A DNA stretch of 64,000 nucleotides, from contig WGOC01000022.1 in NCBI GenBank assembly GCA_016124235.1, positions 157,923 to 221,922 on the forward strand, in the 5' to 3' direction. The DNA is from a bacterium. GTDB taxonomy: Bacteria; Verrucomicrobiota; Verrucomicrobiia; Limisphaerales; RI-55. The first letter of the stretch is position 1. Every line of letters starts with the position of its first letter. Shown in pieces: positions 18,669 to 29,876 of this stretch. Made by a program: the position numbers and the translations under genes. Below the pieces are notes generated by a model. It was not told where the DNA came from and did not search any database. It was given only the letters and a program-made list of their open reading frames with translations.

Positions 18669-20873
18669 ATGGAATCATTCAAACAGGAAGCGCCAACTGA
18701 GAGCTCGCTCCATTTTCTGGATTATTGGCGGATTATTCGAATCCGAAAGACCGTGATCTTGGCGGTGTTTCTGTTGGTCGTCCTGACCACGACGCTTGTC
18801 ACCTTCGTGCTTCCGGAGTTCTTTGCGAGTACGGTGACCATTGAGGTTAAGAAAGATTCCAGTACTCTGGAGAAAATTGGTGGAGGAAATACGGTTCAGG
18901 GGTTTGATCCGTACTTTCTGCAGACTGAATTCGAGAAGATTCAGTCTAAGGCGGTTCTATACTCAGTAATCTCGAATTTGGACCTTGGCACTTTTTACAA
19001 GAAAACTCGCAAATATGATGTCAATTTAAAGCCGGAAGAAACGTACATGTTATTGAAAAATGACATGAGCGTTAACCAGATGCGAAACACCGAGTTGATT
19101 GAAATCACGGTGTACAGTGAAGACAAGGCAATGGCCACGAAGATAGCCAATGAGATTGCTGTGGAGTATCGGCGGTGGCGTATGGAGGATTCTGATCTCC
19201 GGTATAAAGAGGGGTTTTCGGCTATTTCAAACCAATTGGACACTGCAGAACAACTGTTGGCTGATAGCAAGCAACAGGTGACTAATTTGTTGGCGAAGCT
19301 TGGGATTACTGATTTGGACGAGTCTAGTACGAGGAATACGCTGGCTATGGAGAACCAGCAATTGATGGATTATCAACGCCAATACGACAGCCTGAATATC
19401 GAATATGGCAAAATGCTCAAGCAATTGAGTGGGGTCGACGCCATCGAAAAGATTGAGGAATTGAAGACAGTAGTGCCCGTAACTTTTCAGGATTCCGCGA
19501 TCACAGTCAATCTGCCAGCCTTGTTTCAGCGTGAAGCAGATGCGAAGAGCCGGCTGGCGGGCCTCGGACCGGATTTGGGTAAGGAAAACCCGCAGTTTAA
19601 AGCGGCACAATTGGAACTCGACACGGTGCAAAGTAATATCGAGGACAAGGTCTACGGAATTATCAAAGGTGCCCGGATTAAGGCTAATTCAGTAAGCAAT
19701 CAGTTGGCGATGTTGGATAAGGATATCAAGAGAAAGCAGGAGCAATATCGCGAGAAGTCGTCCGAGATCATGCCGTATCTAGCGGCCAAGGAGGAAAAAA
19801 CGCGGCGACAAAACGTGCGTGATTCCCTGGAGATGAAGATCGCGCAGGAGCGGATCAATGCTTCTTTGAACAGCCCGCTTATTGTAAAGGTGATCAACCC
19901 TGCGGAGGATGCGATTAAGCCGTCCAGACCAAACAAGGCGTTGAACATTGCGCTGGGTGTGGTTGTTGGATTAGTTGTCGGCGTTGGTCTGGCATTCTTC
20001 ATTGAGTATCTCGATACGAGCGTGAAGACCATTGACGATGTTGAGCGCGCGCTGCAGGCACATGTCCTTGGTGTCATTCCGCAAAACGTTGGTTCGTTAC
20101 TTGATGAAGGAGCAGATAGTCCGCATGCGGAAGCGTATCGAGTTTTGCGCACAAACATGCTTTTCTCTCGGAAGGCGGACACTCAGAATACGATTACCGT
20201 CGTTAGCGGTGGAGCAGGTGAAGGCAAATCGACCACCTTATTCAACTTGGCGTGCATTTTCGCACAAAATGGATCCCGAGTATTGATCGTGGATTCGGAC
20301 TTGCGGCGGCCGAGCATTCACAAGATTCTGCGAATCTCGAATACATTCGGTCTGACAAATTATCTATTGGGACAGAAGCCCATTGAGGAGGTTATTCAGA
20401 AGACCTCCTTGGAAAATCTGGACTTTCTGCCGTCGGGCAAGCTTCCCAGTAGTTCGATGGGTATTCTGAGCTCCGTCAAGATGAAGGAACTCGTTAAAGA
20501 ATTGAAACGACGTTACGACTTTGTCTTCTTTGATTCTCCGCCCATCATGGGTGTTAGCGATGCGTCTGTTTTGGCGAGCGAGGTCGACGTGACACTACAG
20601 GTCATCCAATATCGTCGTTATCCGCAACCGATGACCATCCGCGCCAAGCAGATGATTGAGAAGGTGGGTGGCAATCTTTTGGGCGTAGTGTTGAACAACA
20701 TCAACATGGCTCAGGATGAGAACTACTATTACTACAGCGGATACTACTACGATTATTACTCAAAGCACTCCGATGATGATGATGACGAGGGCTCGCACAA
20801 GAACGGCCAGAAGAATGGTTCCACGGGCAAGTCAACTGAGTCGTCCTCGCGACTTGATTTGAAAAAATATTAA
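18669..20873 (+). CDS. polysaccharide biosynthesis tyrosine autokinase (Wzc/GumC-like PCP-2a)
   Basis: N-terminal Wzz-type TM and coiled-coil periplasmic region with a second TM. BY-kinase motifs: Walker A GGAGEGKST, A' VLIVDSDLRRP, B FVFFDSPP. C-terminal Tyr cluster YYYYSGYYYDYY. The ATG at 18669 is preferred over the TTG at 18657. Confidence 0.85.
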   Translation: MESFKQEAPTESSLHFLDYWRIIRIRKTVILAVFLLVVLTTTLVTFVLPEFFASTVTIEVKKDSSTLEKIGGGNTVQGFDPYFLQTEFEKIQSKAVLYSVISNLDLGTFYKKTRKYDVNLKPEETYMLLKNDMSVNQMRNTELIEITVYSEDKAMATKIANEIAVEYRRWRMEDSDLRYKEGFSAISNQLDTAEQLLADSKQQVTNLLAKLGITDLDESSTRNTLAMENQQLMDYQRQYDSLNIEYGKMLKQLSGVDAIEKIEELKTVVPVTFQDSAITVNLPALFQREADAKSRLAGLGPDLGKENPQFKAAQLELDTVQSNIEDKVYGIIKGARIKANSVSNQLAMLDKDIKRKQEQYREKSSEIMPYLAAKEEKTRRQNVRDSLEMKIAQERINASLNSPLIVKVINPAEDAIKPSRPNKALNIALGVVVGLVVGVGLAFFIEYLDTSVKTIDDVERALQAHVLGVIPQNVGSLLDEGADSPHAEAYRVLRTNMLFSRKADTQNTITVVSGGAGEGKSTTLFNLACIFAQNGSRVLIVDSDLRRPSIHKILRISNTFGLTNYLLGQKPIEEVIQKTSLENLDFLPSGKLPSSSMGILSSVKMKELVKELKRRYDFVFFDSPPIMGVSDASVLASEVDVTLQVIQYRRYPQPMTIRAKQMIEKVGGNLLGVVLNNINMAQDENYYYYSGYYYDYYSKHSDDDDDEGSHKNGQKNGSTGKSTESSSRLDLKKY

Positions 20874-20905
20874 GCCGCTGAATCCGCTTTCCATATTAGC
20901 TTCGC

Positions 20906-21532
20906 ATGAAATTCTCTGAATTTAATTCACGGTATAGTCTTGGATTGTTTTTGGCAGTTGCTGTCATCGGTGCGCTAACCACGGGATGCGTATCAAACAA
21001 AAACGCTGAATCTGAGCAATTTGATAAGATCAAGGCTGATGCATCGAGCGGAGCCTCCGAGGAATTGCGCCCCGGAGATGTTCTTAAGATTACTTTTAAG
21101 GGGCCTGTCAATCCACCGCCGGATCATGAGGAACGAATCCCCGAAAGCGGTCAAATATCACTCCAATATATCGGCAAGGTCGACGTAATCGGTAAGACCC
21201 GGGAACATCTGCAAGACGAAATCCAATCAAAATACGTTCCGGATTATTTCAAAGAATTGACCGTCACGATCGCACCGGCGGATCGATTCTTTTTTGTCTA
21301 CGGTGAAGTCAAAATACCCAACAGGTATCCTTATGGGAACAAGCTAACCGTTTCCGGTGCGATCTCTACGGCAGGCGGTTTTACAGATTTTGCTAAGCAA
21401 ACAAAAGTCCAGTTGATTCGGGCGGATAACAAGAAGGAGATCGTTAATTGCAAGAAGGGTCGCGACAATCCCGAGTTCGATCCAGAAGTGTTGCCTGGTG
21501 ATCGCATCTATGTACCGCGGCGGTATTTCTGA
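20906..21532 (+). CDS. polysaccharide export protein (Wza-like, Poly_export + SLBB), lipoprotein
   Basis: Lipobox LTTGC, PGDVLKITF (Poly_export motif) and C-terminal PGDRIYVPRR (SLBB). Confidence 0.8.
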   Translation: MKFSEFNSRYSLGLFLAVAVIGALTTGCVSNKNAESEQFDKIKADASSGASEELRPGDVLKITFKGPVNPPPDHEERIPESGQISLQYIGKVDVIGKTREHLQDEIQSKYVPDYFKELTVTIAPADRFFFVYGEVKIPNRYPYGNKLTVSGAISTAGGFTDFAKQTKVQLIRADNKKEIVNCKKGRDNPEFDPEVLPGDRIYVPRRYF

Positions 21533-21924
21533 TGATCCGGTTGGATATTTTAACGGGTAAGCAGGCGGGCCAGTCAATTCTGGTCCGCCGTTTTCCTTTT
21601 TGGGTGGGGCGCGATCCAGCGTCCGACTTGGTTTTGAACGAGGCTGGCGTTTGGGACCGGCATTGCTCACTCGAATATCAAGTACCGATTGGATACCTGC
21701 TGCTTCCAGAGCCCGGGATCGAAACGCGCATCGATCAATTCGTCGCGGATCGAAAAGTCCGGCTGCATTCGGCGGCCGAGATCTCAATCGGTGGCGTCCG
21801 CATGCGATTCAACCTGGCGGATCCAACTCCGCGGGGTTTGGGATTTCGCGAGTTGATTGTCTGGGGTTTCCTGCTACTCGTCGTGGCAGCGGAGTCCTGG
21901 CTCATCTATTGGTTGCCGAGATGA
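21532..21924 (+). CDS. FHA domain-containing membrane-anchored protein
   Basis: FPFWVGRDPASDLVLNEAGVWDRHCSL is FHA-like. There is a C-terminal TM helix (LIVWGFLLLVVAAESWLIYW). The start overlaps the Wza-like stop by 1 nt (TGATG). Confidence 0.7.
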   Translation: MIRLDILTGKQAGQSILVRRFPFWVGRDPASDLVLNEAGVWDRHCSLEYQVPIGYLLLPEPGIETRIDQFVADRKVRLHSAAEISIGGVRMRFNLADPTPRGLGFRELIVWGFLLLVVAAESWLIYWLPR

Positions 21925-21940
21925 GCAAGCAGCGAGCGTA

Positions 21941-23491
21941 TTAGTGCCGAAAATGCCGGTGTCCCGTGAAGACCATGGCCATCGAGCGATCATTCGCAGC
22001 ACCGATCACCTCGGCATCTCGCACAGAACCTCCCGGTTGAATTGCGGCAGTTGCGCCGGCTTCCGCGGCCGCAATCAAACCATCGGGGAAAGGGAAGAAC
22101 GCATCGCTGCAGACCACGCTTCCTTTGAGCGAAAGCCCGGCTTCCTGCGCTTTCCAGACCGCGATCCGGCTCGCGTCCACGCGGCTCATCTGGCCGGCCC
22201 CTACACCTAATGTCCGGTCGGGACCGCAATAAACGATCGCGTTGGATTTTACGTGCTTCACCACTCGCCAGCCGAATTGCATGGCCTTGAGTTCATCGGC
22301 GGTCGGCGGACGTGACGCAACGGATTTAAGCTCGTCGCCAGCGGACATCTTCAGATCGCGGCTTTGTTGGAGATACGATTCGGCGCCGACTGATCGGACA
22401 TCCACCGGCTGCGCAGCAACTGGATTCTTGAGTAAACGCAACAACCGGAGGTTCTTCTTCTTCTTCAAGGCTTCCAACGCCTCCGGCGCAAATTCCGGGG
22501 CGATGATGACTTCACTGAAGATTTCGGCGATGGCTTCGGCGCAGGCCTGGTCGAGTTTCCCATTTACCGCGATGATTCCGCCAAACGGCGCCTGACGATC
22601 AGTCGCAAACGCCTTGTCCCAAGCGTCTTTGAAATTCGCCGCCTGGCCGACGCCACACGGATTGGTGTGCTTGAGAATGGCCAACGTCGGCGCGTCGCCC
22701 TTGAACTCAGAAATCAGCGCCGCCGCCGCGGTGAGATCCAGGATGTTGTTATAGGAAAGTTCCTTGCCGTGGAGTTGCTCGAAATAGTCACGAAACTTGC
22801 CGTACAATGCGGCCTGCTGGTGGGGGTTTTCGCCGTAGCGCAAAGGCTGAACGAGCGGCGCTTGGATGGACAGGACAGGGGCCGGCCCGGTGGCGGACGG
22901 CACAAATTCCTTCTGCAAATGTGATGCGATCGCCGCATCGTAGGCGGCGGTTCGGGCAAAAACTTTGGCGGCTAATTCCCCCCTCAACTCTAGCGTGGTA
23001 TTGCCGCTGGTTTTCACCTGTTCCGCCACTCGTGAATAATCCGCCGGATCGGTCAGCACGGTCACGCTTTCGTGATTCTTTGCGGCGCTGCGCAACATCG
23101 ATGGTCCGCCGATGTCGATATTCTCAATCGCTTCCTCAATCGAAACGTTGAGTTTGGCGACCGTTGCTTCGAACGGATAGAGGTTCACGACGACAAGATC
23201 GATGGGCAGGATGGCGTGCTCCTTGATCGTGGAGACGTGTTCGGCATTGTCTCGCAGATGGAGCAGGCCGCCGTGGATTTTAGGGTGCAACGTCTTTACG
23301 CGACCGTCGAGCATCTCCGGAAATCCCGTGTGCTCGCTGATGTCCTTGACCGTAAGCCCGGCTTCGCGCAGCACTTTGGCCGTGCCGCCGGTGGAGATCA
23401 GTTCGACTCCAGCTTCGGCGAGTGTTTTGGCGAATTCAACCAGCCCGGATTTGTCGGAAACGGAAAGCAGCGCGCGTTCGATCTTGCCCAT
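21941..23491 (-). CDS. purH: bifunctional AICAR transformylase / IMP cyclohydrolase
   Basis: 516 aa. N-terminal MGS-like [32 protein letters not shown], and full-length collinearity with PurH. Confidence 0.95.
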   Translation of the reverse strand: MGKIERALLSVSDKSGLVEFAKTLAEAGVELISTGGTAKVLREAGLTVKDISEHTGFPEMLDGRVKTLHPKIHGGLLHLRDNAEHVSTIKEHAILPIDLVVVNLYPFEATVAKLNVSIEEAIENIDIGGPSMLRSAAKNHESVTVLTDPADYSRVAEQVKTSGNTTLELRGELAAKVFARTAAYDAAIASHLQKEFVPSATGPAPVLSIQAPLVQPLRYGENPHQQAALYGKFRDYFEQLHGKELSYNNILDLTAAAALISEFKGDAPTLAILKHTNPCGVGQAANFKDAWDKAFATDRQAPFGGIIAVNGKLDQACAEAIAEIFSEVIIAPEFAPEALEALKKKKNLRLLRLLKNPVAAQPVDVRSVGAESYLQQSRDLKMSAGDELKSVASRPPTADELKAMQFGWRVVKHVKSNAIVYCGPDRTLGVGAGQMSRVDASRIAVWKAQEAGLSLKGSVVCSDAFFPFPDGLIAAAEAGATAAIQPGGSVRDAEVIGAANDRSMAMVFTGHRHFRH

Positions 23492-23575
23492 AGGCGCGGT
23501 AAAATCTCCCCTGCAATGTGCGAGGTCAATGATCGAGTTGATCGGCGCGCTGCGACCCGTTTACGGAGGGAGGAT

Positions 23576-24778
23576 TTATCGCACTTTTTCGAACGCGAAG
23601 CCCTTCAAATACTCCGTTTCGGGGATCATCGGGATGATCGGATGATCGGGCGACTGACTGAAAATGGCAGTCTGCCGTAGGATCGTCCGCGTGTCATAAG
23701 CCGCGGCAAGAATGACGTCGCGAAAGGTCGGTGTGTCAACGTGGTGTGAACAGCAAAACGTCGCCAGCACACCGCCGGGTTTGAGCAACTTGAAAGCGCG
23801 GACGTGAATTTCCTTATAACCGCGCAGGGCGTTTGGCACCGCGTCGCGCGTACGAGTGAACGACGGTGGATCCAGGATAATCACGTCGTACGGAGGAATC
23901 AGCTTTTCATTGGGCGGCGTGTGCGACCGTTCCTTCAGCCAGTCGAAGACATTTGCCTGCGTAAACTTGCATCGATCACTCAGCCCGTTGGTCGTGGCAT
24001 TCGCTTCCGCAGCTTTGACGGCGTCCTCGCTTTGATCCAATCCAAAGACATTGGCCGCTCCCGCCCTTGCGCAGTGCAATGCGAAGCCGCCCAAAAACGA
24101 AAAGCAATCGAGCACATTACCACCTTTGGCCATGCGTCCGACCGCTTCATAATTCGTTTGTTGATCGAGGTAGAGGCCGGTCTTGTGGCCACCGAGCACA
24201 TCGACTTCAAAAGAGATCCCGTTGAGCTTGATGGGAAACTTGCCGGGTAGTTCACCGGCGAGCGGGCCATTGGAATCAGGTAATCCCTCGAATTTTCGCG
24301 AAGCTAGTTCGTTGCGCTCCACGATGGCGCGCGGTTCCAGGACGTTCTGCAGCACCTTCACGATCTCCGCCTTCCGACGGTCCATTCCCAGTGACGAGGT
24401 TTGCACGACGAGGACGTCCTCGTATTTGTCGACAATCAGGCCGCTCAGGAAGTCACTTTCAGCGTTCACCACTCGGAATGATGTCGCCTCCGGCATGCGG
24501 CGCCGGCGCAATTCGAGGGCCGCGAGAATCCGCCGTTCGAAAAAGGCCGGGTTGATCTCAACCGGTTCCTGCGCCAGCACGCGAATGGCGATGCGGGATC
24601 TGGAATTGTAAAAGCCAACCCCCAACACGCGCCCGCGAAAGTCTTTTGCGAGGACGACATCGCCATCTGCGACGGGCGTTTCGAGGTTTTGGATTGAGCT
24701 TTGGTAGATCCAGGGATGGCCGGCGACAATGCGATCGTGCTCGCCGCGGCGGAGCGTGACTTCGGGGAGTTTGTTCAT
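23576..24778 (-). CDS. class I SAM-dependent rRNA methyltransferase, RlmI-like (PUA + MTase)
   Basis: 400 aa. N-terminal GHPWIYQSSI (PUA/EVE-like), SAM motif VLDCFSFLGGFAL, and ILDPPSF. Confidence 0.8.
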   Translation of the reverse strand: MNKLPEVTLRRGEHDRIVAGHPWIYQSSIQNLETPVADGDVVLAKDFRGRVLGVGFYNSRSRIAIRVLAQEPVEINPAFFERRILAALELRRRRMPEATSFRVVNAESDFLSGLIVDKYEDVLVVQTSSLGMDRRKAEIVKVLQNVLEPRAIVERNELASRKFEGLPDSNGPLAGELPGKFPIKLNGISFEVDVLGGHKTGLYLDQQTNYEAVGRMAKGGNVLDCFSFLGGFALHCARAGAANVFGLDQSEDAVKAAEANATTNGLSDRCKFTQANVFDWLKERSHTPPNEKLIPPYDVIILDPPSFTRTRDAVPNALRGYKEIHVRAFKLLKPGGVLATFCCSHHVDTPTFRDVILAAAYDTRTILRQTAIFSQSPDHPIIPMIPETEYLKGFAFEKVR

Positions 24779-24910
24779 GGGTTTGTAAACAGGCTGGTGG
24801 GAGAAACCGCCAGGCCGGGCGGACGCTATGGTCGCACCGGGGTTCTTCGCAAGCTAAGACGACATTGGGAGGACGGCTTTCTCGAATCGAAGGTCAGTGA
24901 AATTTTTCTG

Positions 24911-24949
24911 TAAGATTTCCGTGTACTGTGGCAATAGTAGGAAATCTTA
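24911..24949. promoter_or_regulatory. 10-bp perfect inverted repeat upstream of the pseudopilin-like gene
   Basis: TAAGATTTCC (24911-24920) and GGAAATCTTA (24940-24949) are separated by 19 nt. The repeat ends 15 nt before the ATG at 24965. Confidence 0.3.
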
Positions 24950-24964
24950 GGAAAAGAATAAGTT

Positions 24965-25807
<843 letters not shown>

Positions 25808-25930
25808 TGCTGGCGAGCAGACCTCCACGCTATCTGGTTAAAGAATGCGAGAATTGCGATGTGGGGCTGCTCATCGAGCTGTGCTTTTGATAAAGCTTTG
25901 GACAGACACAGAAGAGAAAGAATTCCACAA

Positions 25931-26857
<927 letters not shown>

Positions 26858-26862
26858 TTTAG

Positions 26863-29100
26863 CTATCCCAGCAGCTTTCCGCCCTGCCAGGTGAGGAAAG
26901 CCAGGACCCAGGCGAGAGTGAACATGTAGGCGAACTGGAAAAGCGGCCATTTCCAGCCGTTCGTTTCGCGCCGCACGATCGCAATTGTGCTGACGCATTG
27001 GAGGGCGAACACGTAGAAAACCATCAAAGTCAGCCCCAGCCGAGTGCTGTAAAGCTGCGAACCATCGTCGCGTTTCTGTTGCTGGAAGACTTCGGAGAGC
27101 CGTTGGATATCCTCGTCCTTGTCGCCGCCGCCCAGACTGTAGACCGTCGACATGGTACTCACAAAAACTTCGCGTGCCGCAAATGATGCCACGATGCCGA
27201 TGCCGATTTTCCAGTCGAACCCGAGCGGTGCAAACACCGGCGCAATGAGGTGCCCCAACCTACCGGCGAAGCTGTGCGCCAGCAACGCGCTGGCTTCCTG
27301 TTTGTCGAGTTCGTCCAGTTTCTTCGCCGTGGCGGCGTCCAGTTCGCCTTGCGGTGTGACCTCGCCATTGGCTTGGACCGCGGCGCGTCGTTGGTCAAAT
27401 TGCTGATTGATCTCGGCGCTCTTGGGATAGGTTTGCAAAAACCACAACAGAATGCTGATTCCCAAAATGACCGTTCCCGCGCGCCGCAGAAACAACTTGG
27501 ATCGATCCCACATGTGGCGAAGCACCTGGCTCAGGAGCGGACGTTTGTAGGGTGGCAATTCCAAGATGAGCATCGGCGTGTCACCTTTGAGCAGTGTCTT
27601 TTTGAAGAACCACGCCATGATCAACGCCACCACCGTGCCGAGCATGTACATCGAGAAGAGTGTCAATGCGGGGAGGCCGACGAAACCAAACACCTTGGTC
27701 TTCGGGATGCAGGCCGCAATCAAAAGTGTGTAGACGGGTAACCGCGCTGAGCAGCTCATCAAGGGGGCGATCAGGATCGTCACCAGCCGGTCCTTCGGGC
27801 TTTCGATCGTGCGGGTCGCCATGATGCCGGGAATCGCGCACGCGTAGGAACTGAGCATCGGAATGAAGCTTTTGCCGTGCAGGCCGACCTTGCTCATCAG
27901 GCGGTCCATCAGAAACGCAGCGCGGGCCATGTAGCCGGTGTCTTCCAGTAGGCCAATGAAGAAGAACAGGAGCAGAATCTGAGGTAGAAAAACAATCACC
28001 GCGCCGACACCCGCGATTACGCCATCGACCAGCAGGCTGCGCAACTCGCCCGGCGGCATGTAGCTGCGAATGAATTCGCCGAAGTTTGCGACGCCGCCCT
28101 CCAGCAAATCCATCGGCACGGTCGCGAACGAAAAGATGCTTTGAAAAATGAGGATCATGATCGCCGCAAAGATCAACGTTCCCCAAACTTTGTGCGTCAC
28201 GTAGCGATCGAGTCGGTCACTGAACGATTCGCCAAGTGTGCCGCCCTGGTTAACGACACGATCGCAGATTTCCCCCAGACGTGCATAGCGATCTTCAATC
28301 GCCACCGTCCGCCATGAAATATCCAGCGCCTCGAGACGCTGGCGCGCCGCCACCACCGCATCCTTGATGATGTTCGGGTAATGCGCGTCGTTGGCCGCCA
28401 CGACTTTTTCGTCGGTCAGAACCAGCAGCGCTTCGGCATGGGCGGAGGTTTTGCGTTGGCGAAATTCCTGTTTTAAAAGCGCAACCAACGGCTCGATCTC
28501 GGCTTCGGCTTTTGCGGGCAACTTCACGAACAAGTTCGTCACCGCCACGCAGGACTGATGAACAAAGAAATCCACGATGCGCTCGCGCAGTTCATTCAAT
28601 CCGCGGCCTTCGTTGGCGACAATCGGAAGGACGCTTACTCCGAGTTCGACACTCAGCGCGCCAGCGTCAATTGTGTGACCGTTCTGCTCCGCGACATCGA
28701 GCATGTTGAGCGCGATCAACGTCGGGTAGCCAAGTTCGATCACCTGCGTCGCGTAGTACAGATTGCGCTCAAGATTCGAAGCATCGACTACGACCACGAC
28801 CAACGAAGGGGCGGGCACTTCCGGCAAGCGATGAAACAACACGTCGCGTGAGATTTGCTCATCGAGCGACTTCGGGCTGAGACTGTATGTGCCGGGCAGG
28901 TCAAGAATCCTGATGGGCGAGTCTGCCGGCGTGCCTTTCAATCGCCCCTCCTTGCGCTCCACGGTGACGCCGGCGTAGTTACCCACTTTGGCGCGCATCC
29001 CCGTCAACGCGTTGAACACCGTTGTCTTGCCGCAATTCGGATTGCCGGTCAGCGCGACGTAACGCGGCGTGGTGTTGGGCTTGGCGGTGACTTCGGCCAT
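26863..29100 (-). CDS. feoB: ferrous iron transport protein B
   Basis: N-terminal G-domain GNPNCGKTTVFNALTG, DLPGTYSL, and a large polytopic C-terminal permease. 745 aa. Confidence 0.93.
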   Translation of the reverse strand: MAEVTAKPNTTPRYVALTGNPNCGKTTVFNALTGMRAKVGNYAGVTVERKEGRLKGTPADSPIRILDLPGTYSLSPKSLDEQISRDVLFHRLPEVPAPSLVVVVVDASNLERNLYYATQVIELGYPTLIALNMLDVAEQNGHTIDAGALSVELGVSVLPIVANEGRGLNELRERIVDFFVHQSCVAVTNLFVKLPAKAEAEIEPLVALLKQEFRQRKTSAHAEALLVLTDEKVVAANDAHYPNIIKDAVVAARQRLEALDISWRTVAIEDRYARLGEICDRVVNQGGTLGESFSDRLDRYVTHKVWGTLIFAAIMILIFQSIFSFATVPMDLLEGGVANFGEFIRSYMPPGELRSLLVDGVIAGVGAVIVFLPQILLLFFFIGLLEDTGYMARAAFLMDRLMSKVGLHGKSFIPMLSSYACAIPGIMATRTIESPKDRLVTILIAPLMSCSARLPVYTLLIAACIPKTKVFGFVGLPALTLFSMYMLGTVVALIMAWFFKKTLLKGDTPMLILELPPYKRPLLSQVLRHMWDRSKLFLRRAGTVILGISILLWFLQTYPKSAEINQQFDQRRAAVQANGEVTPQGELDAATAKKLDELDKQEASALLAHSFAGRLGHLIAPVFAPLGFDWKIGIGIVASFAAREVFVSTMSTVYSLGGGDKDEDIQRLSEVFQQQKRDDGSQLYSTRLGLTLMVFYVFALQCVSTIAIVRRETNGWKWPLFQFAYMFTLAWVLAFLTWQGGKLLG

Positions 29101-29124
29101 GACAATTCGATCATCGGGCGAGCC

Positions 29125-29367
29125 CTAGGTTTGCGGCGCGACGAGGATGTGTTCGGCTTCGTGCCGACGCAGACTGAGGTGGTAGCCGCGTACCTTGATT
29201 TCGATCGGGTCACCGAGCGGCGCAAAGCGGACCAGCTCAACCGGCGTACCGACCAATAAGCCCATTTCCATCAGGCGGGGACGGTCGGCGGCCGGCAAAT
29301 CAATCGCGACAACCCGGCCTTTGGCACCGGCAGCGAGATTCGTCAGGGGCTGGCCTGGCTGGGACAT
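29125..29367 (-). CDS. feoA: ferrous iron transport protein A
   Basis: 80 aa SH3-like FeoA (GAKGRVVAIDL...RLMEMGLLVGTPVELV) directly upstream of feoB. Confidence 0.85.
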   Translation of the reverse strand: MSQPGQPLTNLAAGAKGRVVAIDLPAADRPRLMEMGLLVGTPVELVRFAPLGDPIEIKVRGYHLSLRRHEAEHILVAPQT

Positions 29368-29369
29368 GC

Positions 29370-29726
29370 TCAGGCGATCTTCTTGCGCAGGGAAGCGGAC
29401 CGAAGAGGCTCAACCCAGATGGCTTGGGCGATCTTTGGGTTGAGGCCGAGACGAGCATTGCAGACCTGGCAGAGCAGGCTGGCGCTCTGGCTGATCAGGC
29501 GGATTTCACGTTCCTCACAAAAGCCCATTTCGCGAAGCCGGTCGTTGATATCCGGCGTGGAGGAAAGCTGCTTGATACGCACAAACGTGCCGGCGGGGAC
29601 ACTGTTCAGCGGGCAAAGATCGCTCGCCGGACAGGAGTCCTCGCAGTGGGCGCCGTGTTGGGCATCGTTCACGGGGATCAAGCTAGGGAGATTGAGACTG
29701 AGTTGCAAGAGGGATTTATGATCCAA
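29370..29726 (-). CDS. FeoA domain protein with Cys/His-containing N-terminal extension
   Basis: C-terminal FeoA domain (GTFVRIKQLSSTPDINDRLREMGFCEEREIRLI). The ~45-aa N-terminal extension contains HGAHCEDSCPASDLCP. Confidence 0.7.
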   Translation of the reverse strand: MDHKSLLQLSLNLPSLIPVNDAQHGAHCEDSCPASDLCPLNSVPAGTFVRIKQLSSTPDINDRLREMGFCEEREIRLISQSASLLCQVCNARLGLNPKIAQAIWVEPLRSASLRKKIA

Positions 29727-29876
29727 AATTGCACGAAACCGGTGTTATTTTGAGCAGTGTTCAATTTGCCTGTCTTCTCCTCAAGGAGACAATCAGTAGG
29801 TGGTATTATGGACACGGCCCAAGACCGCTCGATTTCTAGCCAGACTAGGGCTGCGATCGACTGCGACCGCCGTCCG

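Noticed and set aside
29727-29876. Fur box upstream of the feo operon
   Set aside because: I found no good match to the GATAATGATAATCATTATC-type palindrome by eye, so no call is made.
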